64,000 nt of DNA from Escherichia virus TH55. The stretch is taken from sequence record MT446421.1, one strand, 5' to 3'. A program made the position numbers and the translations under genes. The notes under the pieces were generated by a model, which worked only from the letters and a program-made list of their open reading frames with translations, did no database searches and had not been told where the DNA came from. Below, piece after piece: positions 1 to 9,294 of the stretch; positions within the stretch are counted from its first letter, which is position 1; each line of letters opens with the position of its first letter.

Positions 1-240
1 AAATTCATCACCAAAAATAAGACCGGTTCCATTACGACTATGGAAAGAAAATCCAGTTCCATCGATAGTACTAAATTCCGTCACAACATTTGCTTCCATC
101 TTGGTGACTGAAAACTCTTTGGTAGTAATCAAATCAATGATAGAGGTTCCTTGCTGGTTCAAAATGCAACCGGGCATACCGACATGTTTAAGGAAGCCAT
201 CTAAATCTTTAATGCAATAACTCTTTCCAATTTTAAACAT
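1..240 (-). CDS. hypothetical protein, 3' end cut by window edge
   Basis: ATG at 238-240 preceded by GAGGA; minus frame open to position 1 (MFKIGKSYCIKDLDGF...). Confidence 0.45.
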   Translation of the reverse strand, partial: MFKIGKSYCIKDLDGFLKHVGMPGCILNQQGTSIIDLITTKEFSVTKMEANVVTEFSTIDGTGFSFHSRNGTGLIFGDEF

Positions 241-247
241 AATATCC

Positions 248-508
248 TCATTCAAATCGGATGGTTGAATTCTTGAACAACAAACCAGAACAAACAGTTC
301 CTTCAACTTTCTTACCAGTTGGACCCACGGCCGTAAAGCCTGTGTGTTGGAAATCATCTTTACCACAAGAGAACCAATTATATCCGGTGATTTGGATTTG
401 CTCATAGCCGTTTGCATCTAATACACGAATGGCGTTATCTGCATCAGTACAACCAGCTAATGAAACTGCCAGAACCAGCGCAGCAATAGAACGATTAATG
501 TATTTCAT
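248..508 (-). CDS. putative lipoprotein
   Basis: 86-aa ORF; N-terminal signal peptide with lipobox LAGC. Confidence 0.55.
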   Translation of the reverse strand: MKYINRSIAALVLAVSLAGCTDADNAIRVLDANGYEQIQITGYNWFSCGKDDFQHTGFTAVGPTGKKVEGTVCSGLLFKNSTIRFE

Positions 509-514
509 AATTTC

Positions 515-691
515 TCACTTAGTCAGCAGGTCGTAAAAACCGCCATTAACATGTTTGGGAGCCGAGACTAACCGAACAGCCAGCCGATGACAATCAGGAC
601 AAACATCATTATCTCTTTCAGAGATTTTCTTGATTTTTTCGTATTCTTTCGCGCAGTCATCAGATTGGCATTTGTAATCATAAAGTGGCAT
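515..691 (-). CDS. FmdB-like zinc-ribbon small protein (58 aa)
   Basis: Not in ORF track (<60 aa); MPLYDYKCQSDDC...CPDCH CxxC/CxxC pattern; fills gap between neighbours. Confidence 0.45.
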   Translation of the reverse strand: MPLYDYKCQSDDCAKEYEKIKKISERDNDVCPDCHRLAVRLVSAPKHVNGGFYDLLTK

Positions 692-692
692 G

Positions 693-1064
693 TTATTCCT
701 TAAAGTGTGCTTTCAACATCTGGTAAACGGTCCAGGCTTCAGAGTTATTAGAAATGGTGATTTTAGTCAAAGGGAATTCGCTTGGTTCAGATGTAGCTGC
801 GTCTTCGCATTCATCTTCAGTATCGTCATCTTTTTCTTCTTCAAAGAAACGGAATTCGTCTTCCTTTATGAATAGACTCACAAATTCACCAGTTGATAAT
901 TCCATTTTATACACATCACCATCTTCAATTCTGACTGGTCTAAATCCCTCGCCATTGATTATAGCATTGGCTATATTATCATTATCTGTGCATAACAAAC
1001 GGAATCTGCTTTCAGCAACATTATCTTTAAAATAATACCACTTATCAGTTTCAAATTTAGACAT
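693..1064 (-). CDS. hypothetical acidic protein
   Basis: ORF 693..1187 trimmed to internal ATG (1062-1064) with AGGAGA SD; resolves overlap with 1057..1281. Confidence 0.5.
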   Translation of the reverse strand: MSKFETDKWYYFKDNVAESRFRLLCTDNDNIANAIINGEGFRPVRIEDGDVYKMELSTGEFVSLFIKEDEFRFFEEEKDDDTEDECEDAATSEPSEFPLTKITISNNSEAWTVYQMLKAHFKE

Positions 1065-1281
1065 TATAAATCTCCTTCCAAAAATCTGTACCATCTTCTG
1101 ATTCTTCGCGGAACAGCGCATAGCTAGGTAATTCTGCGTCTTTGTCTGCATACACATAAATGATATCAGTGGTGCAAAGAAATTCATTGATGTTTTTCTT
1201 CACAATCACTTTATCACTTTCAGCAGTGTCCCAAAACTCTTCAGCGGTCAGGGAAGTGGTCACACAATCTTCATTAAACAT
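1057..1281 (-). CDS. hypothetical protein
   Basis: 74-aa ORF, ATG with GAGGAG SD. Confidence 0.5.
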   Translation of the reverse strand: MFNEDCVTTSLTAEEFWDTAESDKVIVKKNINEFLCTTDIIYVYADKDAELPSYALFREESEDGTDFWKEIYNV

Positions 1282-1329
1282 AATATTCTCCTCATTGATA
1301 GGGCAAAATTACCCTATCATTTTTATAAT

Positions 1330-1821
1330 TTAGGCACGATGAATATCAGCATACTCAACGATAAAGCTTTCAGGAACCACCTTAAAGGTTCCAAGGAACA
1401 CAATGTTATAGAGCTTAACGCCTTCTTCAACCCACTGGTCTGTGATGTAACCAGACATGCTAGTGGTTTCATAAGTACCAAAAGGTTCGTCAACATATTC
1501 AAACGGTTTAGGTGAAACAAAAAAGACACCTTTGCCCAATTTCCATTTAAAATCAACCCCAACATGAGACTGGTCAATGGTTTCAACTTCTTCGGTCACA
1601 GGAGCGATGTACCCAGTAAATTCGGTTGATTCCAGGAATTTAGGATGCACATAAGCCAATTGAGTTTCAGTCTGACCATTTTTAGGAATAATACGCACTT
1701 TAACTTCTTTAATTCCACCTACTAAATTAGTGCGAAGACCCACAACCTCAACAAAACGACCAGCAGCTTTAGAACGAGATTCTTTAGAAACACGTACAAT
1801 ATCACCAGCTTCAACTTTCAT
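1330..1821 (-). CDS. hypothetical protein, paralog of 1900..2652
   Basis: 163-aa ORF; C-terminal ITDQWVEEGVKLYNIV block shared with next gene; own promoter motif upstream. Confidence 0.6.
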   Translation of the reverse strand: MKVEAGDIVRVSKESRSKAAGRFVEVVGLRTNLVGGIKEVKVRIIPKNGQTETQLAYVHPKFLESTEFTGYIAPVTEEVETIDQSHVGVDFKWKLGKGVFFVSPKPFEYVDEPFGTYETTSMSGYITDQWVEEGVKLYNIVFLGTFKVVPESFIVEYADIHRA

Positions 1822-1863
1822 AATTTTCTCTCTTGGTTAATAAGTTTATTCTCCAGTGGGGTC

Positions 1864-1892
1864 ATTATACTCTGACCCCAAGAGTTTGTACA
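1864..1892 (-). promoter_or_regulatory. early-type promoter (sigma70-like)
   Basis: -35 TGTACA 1887-1892, 17-bp spacer, -10 TATAAT 1864-1869; upstream of 1330..1821. Confidence 0.55.
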
Positions 1893-1899
1893 CTTAAAT

Positions 1900-2652
1900 T
1901 TAATTAAAAATTTCAACAACCATGGAACGTGGAACAACAGTAAATTCACCAGCATGAACAACGTTCAGGAGTTCAACGCCATCTTCAATCCACTGGTCTG
2001 TTACCCAACCACAAATGGAACTGTTAAATGGGCGTTTGATTTGAACTGGTTTACATAACAAGTCAATAGGGTCACCCAGTTCGCTAACTTCTTCCAGCAG
2101 TACAGATTCACGCGGATAAAGGATAGCTTCAAGATTGTCACCTGATTCATTGACCGCAGTAAATTCAAAGATGCTTTGGTGATTGTGGTACTTAACTGTT
2201 TTAACGGTAAATGGAGCAAATCCAAAAATACCTTTCAGTACGCGCCAACCGGCATTCAATGCATTAGTATTATCAAAATCACCATATCCAACAAGTTGAT
2301 AGATTTTGCCAACTTTGATAGGAGTTTCTTCAACTTCCTTGAAGAGCTCAATCTCAGCTTCATAAACAATAATTTTTTCTACTTCATTAGTATCAAGGCG
2401 ACGTGCATGCAGAATATATGCGTTATAAAACCAGTTACTTTTTACAAAAGTTTCAACAATAAATTCACCTTCACCTAAAGCATCAGCCAGAGTATTATAC
2501 CCAGAAATCATAGCTGCGTTTTGAGTAATAGGTTTAACCAGATGATAAGTTTTGTTAATTTCAATAGTCATATTTTGTTTCTCAAGTTTTAATGGTTTAA
2601 TTGGGCGAACATACATACTTACAACATCAAAGTCAATAAATTCTGGTTTCAT
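1900..2652 (-). CDS. hypothetical protein
   Basis: 250-aa ORF; C-terminal VTDQWIEDGVELLNVV block shared with 1330..1821. Confidence 0.6.
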   Translation of the reverse strand: MKPEFIDFDVVSMYVRPIKPLKLEKQNMTIEINKTYHLVKPITQNAAMISGYNTLADALGEGEFIVETFVKSNWFYNAYILHARRLDTNEVEKIIVYEAEIELFKEVEETPIKVGKIYQLVGYGDFDNTNALNAGWRVLKGIFGFAPFTVKTVKYHNHQSIFEFTAVNESGDNLEAILYPRESVLLEEVSELGDPIDLLCKPVQIKRPFNSSICGWVTDQWIEDGVELLNVVHAGEFTVVPRSMVVEIFN

Positions 2653-2909
2653 TATGCAACCTTATTGAACATCGCCAGTTGATTAGGTTGTACAACCATA
2701 ATTTCACGACGACCTTTGGCGTTTGACACGTTCAGGTAGATGCCTTTGTTCATGTCTGTTTCTTTATCATATACCGCAATTTTATTGACAGTAAAGATTT
2801 TACCACGAATATTTGTAAATGCACATTCAAACGCTTCAGTCAGACCTGCTTCAGCAGCTTGAAGAGCAGACATTTCATATTGTTGGCCAATTTCAAAAGA
2901 AGTAATCAT
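2652..2909 (-). CDS. hypothetical protein
   Basis: ORF 2652..2957 trimmed: upstream 48 nt is the promoter/leader motif; ATG 2907-2909 has GAGGA SD. Confidence 0.55.
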   Translation of the reverse strand: MITSFEIGQQYEMSALQAAEAGLTEAFECAFTNIRGKIFTVNKIAVYDKETDMNKGIYLNVSNAKGRREIMVVQPNQLAMFNKVA

Positions 2910-2940
2910 TTTGTTATCCTCATCAGTAGTTGATGAGATG

Positions 2941-2969
2941 ATTATGTCTCTTTCCATTGGCCTTGTACA
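2941..2969 (-). promoter_or_regulatory. early-type promoter
   Basis: -35 TGTACA 2964-2969, 17 bp, -10 CATAAT 2941-2946; conserved leader CATCAACTACTGATGAGGA. Confidence 0.55.
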
Positions 2970-2976
2970 CTACTTT

Positions 2977-3660
2977 TTATCGTTTTTTCGGTAAAGATAA
3001 CGGGTCTGCATCTTCTTCGGAAGGAACTTCATCTAAACCAAGAGCATAGCGCTGGGCGTACTTAAGCATCAAAATATCTTTCGCGCAGTCATGCACCGAA
3101 TCATGCGCCACAAATCCATCTAAAGTCCCCTTTGGTAATGGAGTTTCACACATCTTACGGACGAGTGATAGGGCTTCGATTGCTGTCCTGATATCTCGCT
3201 GGTTCCAGAATACAACCGGCTCCAGGCCATAGGTATTCAATTCACGCTCGGGAATACCCTCATTGCGCTGTAGGTCACGGATAAGGTCAACAAACAACGG
3301 GAAGTCAAAAGACATTCCACGACACCACATAAGGCTTTCGTATTTGTTAATTCCATTACCATTCAGATAATCAATTGCCTGTTGGATACCGGTCAGAGTA
3401 TCAACATCTTGCGCAGAAGGAGCCAAGTTAACACGGGCTTCTGCTGATTGCTTTTTCCACCAACCCATGGTTGTTGTATCGAACAGACGCTTACCTTTTT
3501 GGTATTCAAGGCTAAACTTGATACGTTTGCCGCGATTAACCAGGGTTTCGAATGATTCCACAATAGCAGGGTCAGATTCGAATGTAATCAGAGCCAGGTC
3601 AATAACGGCTCCCTTCGAGCCGTTTCCCAGAGTTTCAAAGTCAATAATAGCATCAATCAT
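2977..3660 (-). CDS. dexA: exonuclease A (DexA)
   Basis: 227 aa; near-colinear with recalled T4 DexA (MxDxIIDFET...GFVAHDSxHDCAKD...). Confidence 0.85.
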   Translation of the reverse strand: MIDAIIDFETLGNGSKGAVIDLALITFESDPAIVESFETLVNRGKRIKFSLEYQKGKRLFDTTTMGWWKKQSAEARVNLAPSAQDVDTLTGIQQAIDYLNGNGINKYESLMWCRGMSFDFPLFVDLIRDLQRNEGIPERELNTYGLEPVVFWNQRDIRTAIEALSLVRKMCETPLPKGTLDGFVAHDSVHDCAKDILMLKYAQRYALGLDEVPSEEDADPLSLPKKR

Positions 3661-3737
3661 CGCACATCTCTTTTAATTTTTGAATTTCACCAGCAACCAT
3701 CGCACATCTCTTTTAATTTCTGAATTTCACCAGCAAC
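3658..3737. repeat. 40-bp tandem direct duplication (2 copies, 1 mismatch)
   Basis: catcgcacatctcttttaattt[t/c]tgaatttcaccagcaac at 3658-3697 and 3698-3737; spans dexA start. Confidence 0.85.
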
Positions 3738-3932
3738 ATAGTCGGAGATAAAAATCCCTGGCTCTTCATTGTTAAAATATTCAATCGCGGCCATACGTTT
3801 CCGAATAAGATTCAGTTCCAGCAAAACGTAATTACCCTGCACGACGATAGTCGGATTATCTTCGAAAAATTCAACCGCGTCCTGAATACCATAGATAAGA
3901 TTATCTAAATCTTCTTTATGTACTTTATACAT
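3687..3932 (-). CDS. hypothetical protein (dda.1 position)
   Basis: ORF trimmed to ATG at 3930-3932 with GAGGT SD; 3' end lies in the 40-bp tandem repeat. Confidence 0.5.
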   Translation of the reverse strand: MYKVHKEDLDNLIYGIQDAVEFFEDNPTIVVQGNYVLLELNLIRKRMAAIEYFNNEEPGIFISDYVAGEIQKLKEMCDGCW

Positions 3933-5253
3933 AATATGCGTCGTACCTCGCTCGTGTGATTCCAACATAAGCCAACTGGCTCGCTAATGAAGCTTCGGCC
4001 ATATGGATGCATGGAGTATAGATGAATGCTTTGTCCACTGAAACGCCTTGGGCCTTGTGGATTGTACTGACCGGAAGAGCACGGACTTTCAAGAAGGTCC
4101 TGCGCGCTTTCCAGAAGTCTTTCCACTCTGGACGTTTACCAGCGGCTTTCATCTGTTTGTATGTGTCAGCAACTTTCGCCAGATATGCCTGGAATTTTGG
4201 TTGCTGGTCTTCTGGTAAAACTTTGATGCGGTCAACCTGATATTCTTCATCTTCATCAATTGACTCAACTTCCAGGTCCCAGTAATTAATCACTAACTGG
4301 TGCGATTCGCCTTTACAGCGGAGAATAGTGGAAGTGTATTTGCAATCCTTGATGCGAACCAACTGACCATTATTAAAAATGGTTTCGCTGAATTTCTTAC
4401 CTTCAAATTCCAGCTCTTTCATGTGCGGCTCTTGCATAACCAGGACTTCATACGGTAAAAATGCTTTATCCGTTTCATAGAGCTTGCGACGAATAATATT
4501 GTTCAGTTTTTCAACTGATTTATTCGTGTATGCATACATCCTGTTTTCCATCAACATATCAGCATCTTTTACAATACTGAAATAGTTTACCATGAAATCC
4601 TTTAAAGCGGTTTGTGAGGTGAAACCTTGCACGCCATGACCTTCATACATACAGTCACGGAACCAGCCGCCATTGCGAATTTCTGTCGCCACTTCAATGA
4701 TAGGAGCATTGCTTCGCATGACCTCAGTCAGATGAATCTGTTTGAACTTAGGATGCGTAAAGAACGGGCTTATCTTTTGCTGTGTGCTTCCCGGGTCAAC
4801 TGGCTGCAGCTGGTGCATATCACCAATTCCAAGAATAGTGCACCATTCAGGAACAGAGTTAAGAATAATCTTAAACAGAGACCCGTCATACATACTTGCT
4901 TCATCACAAACCAGAACATTGCATTTTGACATGTCAGGCATTTCGCGCTGTTCAAAAACGTTTTGGTCTTCATATGTCGTTGGGTTAATCTTCAAGATAC
5001 TATGGATTGTATTCGCTGTTTGACCAGACAATTTAGATAAAACTTTTTTCGCCTGGTGAGTTGGTGCAGCAAGCACAATTCCCATAACTCCATTACGCAC
5101 TAAGTGGTCAATGACAAATTTTGTCAGAGTGGTCTTACCTGTGCCAGCTGGACCATTCAGAGTGATACATTCCCCTGAACGTCGCTGAATAGCTTCAGTA
5201 ATATAATCAAAAGCTTCTTTTTGTCCTGTGTTCAAGTCTTCAAATTTAATCAT
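3925..5253 (-). CDS. dda: Dda DNA helicase (SF1)
   Basis: 442 aa; Walker A GPAGTGKTT; colinear with recalled T4 Dda. Confidence 0.9.
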   Translation of the reverse strand: MIKFEDLNTGQKEAFDYITEAIQRRSGECITLNGPAGTGKTTLTKFVIDHLVRNGVMGIVLAAPTHQAKKVLSKLSGQTANTIHSILKINPTTYEDQNVFEQREMPDMSKCNVLVCDEASMYDGSLFKIILNSVPEWCTILGIGDMHQLQPVDPGSTQQKISPFFTHPKFKQIHLTEVMRSNAPIIEVATEIRNGGWFRDCMYEGHGVQGFTSQTALKDFMVNYFSIVKDADMLMENRMYAYTNKSVEKLNNIIRRKLYETDKAFLPYEVLVMQEPHMKELEFEGKKFSETIFNNGQLVRIKDCKYTSTILRCKGESHQLVINYWDLEVESIDEDEEYQVDRIKVLPEDQQPKFQAYLAKVADTYKQMKAAGKRPEWKDFWKARRTFLKVRALPVSTIHKAQGVSVDKAFIYTPCIHMAEASLASQLAYVGITRARYDAYYV

Positions 5254-5549
5254 GCCAATTTTACTCGCTTAACATATAAAGTATCTAAAATTAATTTCAA
5301 TTCTCGTGCGTGTTCTTCAGTAGGAAAAACAGTTTTTGTTCCCCACTTATCAAACCACCATTTTCTAGGTGTGCATACTGTTTCAATACGTCCCATGCGT
5401 AAATAGCGGCTTGTAGTATATGAATAGTTGGCAAGTTCATATTCTGCGCCCACTTTTGTGGTGTATAAGGTAACCTTTCCATCATACTCCAATGGGTGTT
5501 CAAAACCATCTTTATCTTTGTGGACCAGCACATATGCGTAGTACATCAC
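5250..5549 (-). CDS. hypothetical protein
   Basis: 99-aa ORF abutting dda. Confidence 0.5.
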   Translation of the reverse strand: MMYYAYVLVHKDKDGFEHPLEYDGKVTLYTTKVGAEYELANYSYTTSRYLRMGRIETVCTPRKWWFDKWGTKTVFPTEEHARELKLILDTLYVKRVKLA

Positions 5550-5550
5550 A

Positions 5551-6297
5551 TTAACCTCTAATCAGTTTAAAAATTGACGCGTTCAAAGGCAGACCACGTT
5601 TCAGTTTTAATTTACCAATAAAACCAATCTTCTCAAAACGCTCAAGACCTTGAATGATTTTATCATAGCAATCAAAAAGCGTTTCAGCATTAGTTAATTT
5701 CTTGGTAACTTTCCAGTCATTACCTTTGAGCAAGACGTTCAATTTAGTAAGCTCATGACCTTCCGCAATACGGGAACCATCAATGCGAGCCTTCAGAGCA
5801 ACCATTTTTAATTGGTTTTCTTTGGACTGCTCTGATTTACTCATTTGAGCATAATGCTTAACGCGATTCTCACGTTTGTGTTGGATGTTCTTGATATGGG
5901 TATATGACTTTTTAATCTGTTCCCATTTCTCTGCAGTCAGATTTAACTTTTCAATCTTCTTGACAGATGGACGAGCAATTTTTACAGCAACATCATCACG
6001 ACGTTGTTTAAGCTCATCCAGGGACCAATCAGAACGCATGGTGTTGTATTTCTTTTTAACAGGAATAACATTACCTTTGATATAACCAATGTCATTGTTA
6101 AAACGCTCTAATGATAACTTCTCACCTTCAATAGAGTTATTAAATGTTTCACCAGAATAAGCACAAACTTTTTGGTCAAGAATGTTAACCAGGTAATTGA
6201 AATCCAGGTTAAAGTCCTTGCCACGACGTTTAGCAGAAGCTTGAGTGTGTTCCAGGCGACGTTTAACTTTCAGCGTTTTGGTTTTTGATAAAGTCAT
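5551..6297 (-). CDS. hypothetical basic protein (T4 srd position); weak HNH-like segment
   Basis: 248 aa; LSLERFNNDIGYIKGNVIPV resembles degenerate HNH_3 motif; position between dda and the ARTs. Confidence 0.5.
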   Translation of the reverse strand: MTLSKTKTLKVKRRLEHTQASAKRRGKDFNLDFNYLVNILDQKVCAYSGETFNNSIEGEKLSLERFNNDIGYIKGNVIPVKKKYNTMRSDWSLDELKQRRDDVAVKIARPSVKKIEKLNLTAEKWEQIKKSYTHIKNIQHKRENRVKHYAQMSKSEQSKENQLKMVALKARIDGSRIAEGHELTKLNVLLKGNDWKVTKKLTNAETLFDCYDKIIQGLERFEKIGFIGKLKLKRGLPLNASIFKLIRG

Positions 6298-6344
6298 GAT
6301 ATTTTTCTCATCTTACGGACGATTTGGTAACTCAGTATGAAATT

Positions 6345-6372
6345 ATTATACACCGTTCATCTTTCATGTACA
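6345..6372 (-). promoter_or_regulatory. early-type promoter
   Basis: -35 TGTACA 6367-6372, 16 bp, -10 TATAAT 6345-6350; leader TACTGAGTTACCAAA. Confidence 0.5.
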
Positions 6373-6432
6373 CCACTTTTTCGCCTTTAACGCTTTTATT
6401 TTTACTGTGTATAATGGTTCTAAGGTCTTTGG

Positions 6433-7047
6433 TTAGTTCAAAACAGTCAAATGCCAAACAGTATACAGGTTATTCAATGGGTGTGTTTCAATCAAGTCTA
6501 CGCGGAGCGTAGTCCCAGCGGGAAACATAAACTCATCTTCATCATTAACCAGGTGCAAGTTTGACTTCCTGGTTGCTTCTGGATATGCACCATTGAACTC
6601 TTCAGGAGGAGCACCACAAATCATTTTGAAGATTGCTTCCTGATAGTTATACGCATATGGTGCATTGTTTATGCAGAAAATATTCCTTGTTCCATAGAAA
6701 CTGTATGATGCGAAATTTCTTGCAACCTGCCAGTCCCTGGAAAAACTCATTACACGATTGAATTCAATCGTTGCACCAACATATCTTAAATCTTCCAGGT
6801 ATTCCATAGTTTTCTTTGATATACCACGGAACAACGCCGGGGGTGGTGCAGTATTCAGATTGTTGCGGATAATCCTGGACAAGTCTTCTTGAATCAGGTC
6901 AGGTTTATTTTCCATACACTGCCAGAGTACTGATTGCTCATTATCTGTATAAAGAGCATCAATCTCCGCTTGGCATTGGTTACGAAAAGACTCACTAGAA
7001 GCGGCAGTGTCAATAATTCCATTCAAAACGTCATCAGTGTACAGCAT
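6433..7047 (-). CDS. ADP-ribosyltransferase, ModA/ModB-like
   Basis: R-S-E triad: LFRG, MSFSRD, DEDEFMF; start trimmed to ATG 7045-7047 (GAGGA SD). Confidence 0.65.
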   Translation of the reverse strand: MLYTDDVLNGIIDTAASSESFRNQCQAEIDALYTDNEQSVLWQCMENKPDLIQEDLSRIIRNNLNTAPPPALFRGISKKTMEYLEDLRYVGATIEFNRVMSFSRDWQVARNFASYSFYGTRNIFCINNAPYAYNYQEAIFKMICGAPPEEFNGAYPEATRKSNLHLVNDEDEFMFPAGTTLRVDLIETHPLNNLYTVWHLTVLN

Positions 7048-7078
7048 TTTATTATCCTCATCAGTAGTTGATAGGAAC

Positions 7079-7107
7079 ATCTTAACGTGTCTTATTGCTC
7101 TTGTACA
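7079..7107 (-). promoter_or_regulatory. early-type promoter
   Basis: -35 TGTACA 7102-7107, 17 bp, -10 TAAGAT 7079-7084; upstream of ART gene. Confidence 0.5.
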
Positions 7108-7652
7108 CAGTCAAGAACATAATAATCATCAATAAATCCAGCATCAACTACCACGAATTTCTGGTCAACTGGAACAAACCATTCAAGCTCGGAATCAATC
7201 ATGTCCATGTATTCTTCACGCCTTAATGTAGCTGCCCGTGCGGAACCAGAAGCTGTATTGAAGAATTCAAGTGGAACATCAAGTGCGATTTTGCGCATCG
7301 CATCATGGTAACAAAAAGCTTTGGTCTGATTCAATCTGACGATAGTCCTAGTCACATATTCCATTGCAGCAAAATCCCTGGCAATACCATAGTCTTCTGT
7401 AAAGGAGGTTATCCGTCCAAATTCAAAAGGTTGCATTGATTCTTTTGCTTCATCTAACAAATCAATCTCTTGCTGGGTTACCCCGCGCCACAAGACTGTA
7501 TCGGGTATAGACAACCTTGACTTGATGATTGAGTTGACATTTGAATGCAAGGTCTTATCAACCTTTGATGTACGGCATTCAAATAATGAAGCTATCTCCA
7601 TTTCACTAAATTTTAACTGGTTGGGTTCGGTATCAGATTTGATGATGTTCAT
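7092..7652 (-). CDS. ADP-ribosyltransferase, ModA/ModB-like
   Basis: R-S-E triad: LWRG, ITSFTED, DSELEWF; tandem with 6433..7047. Confidence 0.65.
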   Translation of the reverse strand: MNIIKSDTEPNQLKFSEMEIASLFECRTSKVDKTLHSNVNSIIKSRLSIPDTVLWRGVTQQEIDLLDEAKESMQPFEFGRITSFTEDYGIARDFAAMEYVTRTIVRLNQTKAFCYHDAMRKIALDVPLEFFNTASGSARAATLRREEYMDMIDSELEWFVPVDQKFVVVDAGFIDDYYVLDCVQEQ

Positions 7653-7708
7653 AATGGTCTCTCTGTTGTAAGAAAGACCATTATGTCATTAGGAGGGGAG
7701 TAAGTAAA

Positions 7709-7978
7709 CTACTTAAACACTCCAAGTGGAACGCCAAAGACTGCAATGTCTACGGCCATACCAATCGGAGATTGGTATGATGGAGATTGATATGATGAGT
7801 AAGAACTTTTCGATTTTATCGGGGTTTCGACTTTAATTGTCTCGGATTCAGTCTTAAGCCTTTGTAAACGATTAATTTTTTGTTGCTCGATTTCCTTATG
7901 AGCATGTTTACGGTCGATATCCAGCGCCGATGTGGGAATATTTGTTAACCAGTTCATTGTTTCACCCATGGTGCCCAT
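7709..7978 (-). CDS. hypothetical protein
   Basis: 89-aa ORF. Confidence 0.45.
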   Translation of the reverse strand: MGTMGETMNWLTNIPTSALDIDRKHAHKEIEQQKINRLQRLKTESETIKVETPIKSKSSYSSYQSPSYQSPIGMAVDIAVFGVPLGVFK

Positions 7979-8133
7979 GGAGGTGGGTCATCGTAATATG
8001 AGGCCAGGTCGCGTAGAACTTCCATTGGGAGGCTAAAACCGTGCTTCTGTATAATCGCATCAAGTTCGTCAACTAGGTCCACACGGGCTTCCGTAGGAGC
8101 TTTAGGCTCTTCAAAAAGTTCAAATAAATCCAT
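7954..8133 (-). CDS. small acidic protein (59 aa)
   Basis: Not in ORF track; ATG overlaps upstream stop (TAATG). Confidence 0.3.
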   Translation of the reverse strand: MDLFELFEEPKAPTEARVDLVDELDAIIQKHGFSLPMEVLRDLASYYDDPPPWAPWVKQ

Positions 8134-8615
8134 TAGTAACCACCGATAGGGCCGTAACCATACATACGAGCTCGGACTTTAGTATCGTGCAGAGCTTCTT
8201 CTGTTAAAGTAAAGCGCAGACCAATATCAAAGTGTTTCCAAATCTGACGTTCGACTTCAGCAAGGTCGTCGGTAGTGGAAATCAGATATGTGCGACCTTG
8301 AAGACGTTCAGTGGCCATTTTATCTCTATCTTTATAGAAAATGGTATCTTCGCCATAAAGGTCTGGGTGACGATAGCCTTTGATGTGCAGAGCTTCAGAA
8401 ACAGTAAACGGACACCCTTCGGCAACATCAACGTTTTTTCTATGAAATACCTTCAGCATAACGTTTTCTGGCATCGTCAAGTTCATTAATTTTGTTTCCA
8501 ATGCAGTGACCGAATCCATGCCATTGTAAACCATGATAAGGCATGCGGTAGCATCGTAAGGTCGTGTTTGACCTGCCGAATCACGGACATAGAATTCTAA
8601 TTCATATACTTTCAT
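8133..8615 (-). CDS. hypothetical protein (T4 mrh position)
   Basis: 160-aa ORF; AAGAGGA SD. Confidence 0.5.
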   Translation of the reverse strand: MKVYELEFYVRDSAGQTRPYDATACLIMVYNGMDSVTALETKLMNLTMPENVMLKVFHRKNVDVAEGCPFTVSEALHIKGYRHPDLYGEDTIFYKDRDKMATERLQGRTYLISTTDDLAEVERQIWKHFDIGLRFTLTEEALHDTKVRARMYGYGPIGGY

Positions 8616-8761
8616 AATGTTTTCCTCTTACCGACTAATGGACCATCAGGAACTTTATTTTCCTTGATGTACTTTTCGTTTTCTTCCATCATTTTACTGC
8701 CAATTTTCAAAAGCAAATCCAGTGCTTCTTTTGCTCGGCGTTCAGCATCTTCTTGTGTCAT
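8612..8761 (-). CDS. small protein (49 aa)
   Basis: Not in ORF track; ATGA stop/start overlaps at both ends. Confidence 0.3.
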   Translation of the reverse strand: MTQEDAERRAKEALDLLLKIGSKMMEENEKYIKENKVPDGPLVGKRKTL

Positions 8762-8952
8762 GATTTATCTCCGTAGATATCACGCATCAGTTTAAGCGCT
8801 GCTCGTTCGGTCTTCTTTTCCTGCATGGCTTTAAGCCCGTTAACGGCCCATTCTTCGGCTTCGCGCTGCATTTCTTCCTCGGCTCTGGCCACCCAGGAAT
8901 CATCAATCCCTGGAGTAACCAACCAATCTTTAAGCCAACTTGTAATTCTCAT
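8758..8952 (-). CDS. hypothetical protein
   Basis: 64 aa; N-terminal SWLKDW similar to next gene (SWLKNL). Confidence 0.45.
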   Translation of the reverse strand: MRITSWLKDWLVTPGIDDSWVARAEEEMQREAEEWAVNGLKAMQEKKTERAALKLMRDIYGDKS

Positions 8953-9294
8953 TTAATCACACGAGCTGGAAGACGAATCACAGCTTCCCGAATCATAGGA
9001 GGAATAAGACGAATCACCGGTCCACGAACTAACTGCGGCAGCGGTGACCACAATCGAAGTAGTATCGATACTGCTTTGCGCTTGGGCTCTTTGTTCTTGC
9101 AGTCGAGTTAAACGTTTTTGTAAGTCTTCTTCTGACATTGTAGAATATAGGTCTTTTGATTTCGATTTGACCACTTCTTCCATCATACCATCACCCATGT
9201 AAGCATATTCTCTTAGCTTAACATCTGGCGGGCTAACTGGAACCACGCCCTCGTTTGGTTTAGTCTTGAATAAATTCTTGAGCCAACTAATCAT
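8953..9294 (-). CDS. hypothetical Ser-rich protein
   Basis: 113-aa ORF. Confidence 0.45.
   Translation of the reverse strand: MISWLKNLFKTKPNEGVVPVSPPDVKLREYAYMGDGMMEEVVKSKSKDLYSTMSEEDLQKRLTRLQEQRAQAQSSIDTTSIVVTAAAVSSWTGDSSYSSYDSGSCDSSSSSCD

Noticed and set aside
2910-2957. N-terminal extensions of several track ORFs (also 7048-7080, 31751-31828, 49838-49894) translating as ...STTDEDNKM
   Set aside because: These codons are the conserved promoter/leader motif; the downstream ATG has the proper SD, so the extension is not coding.
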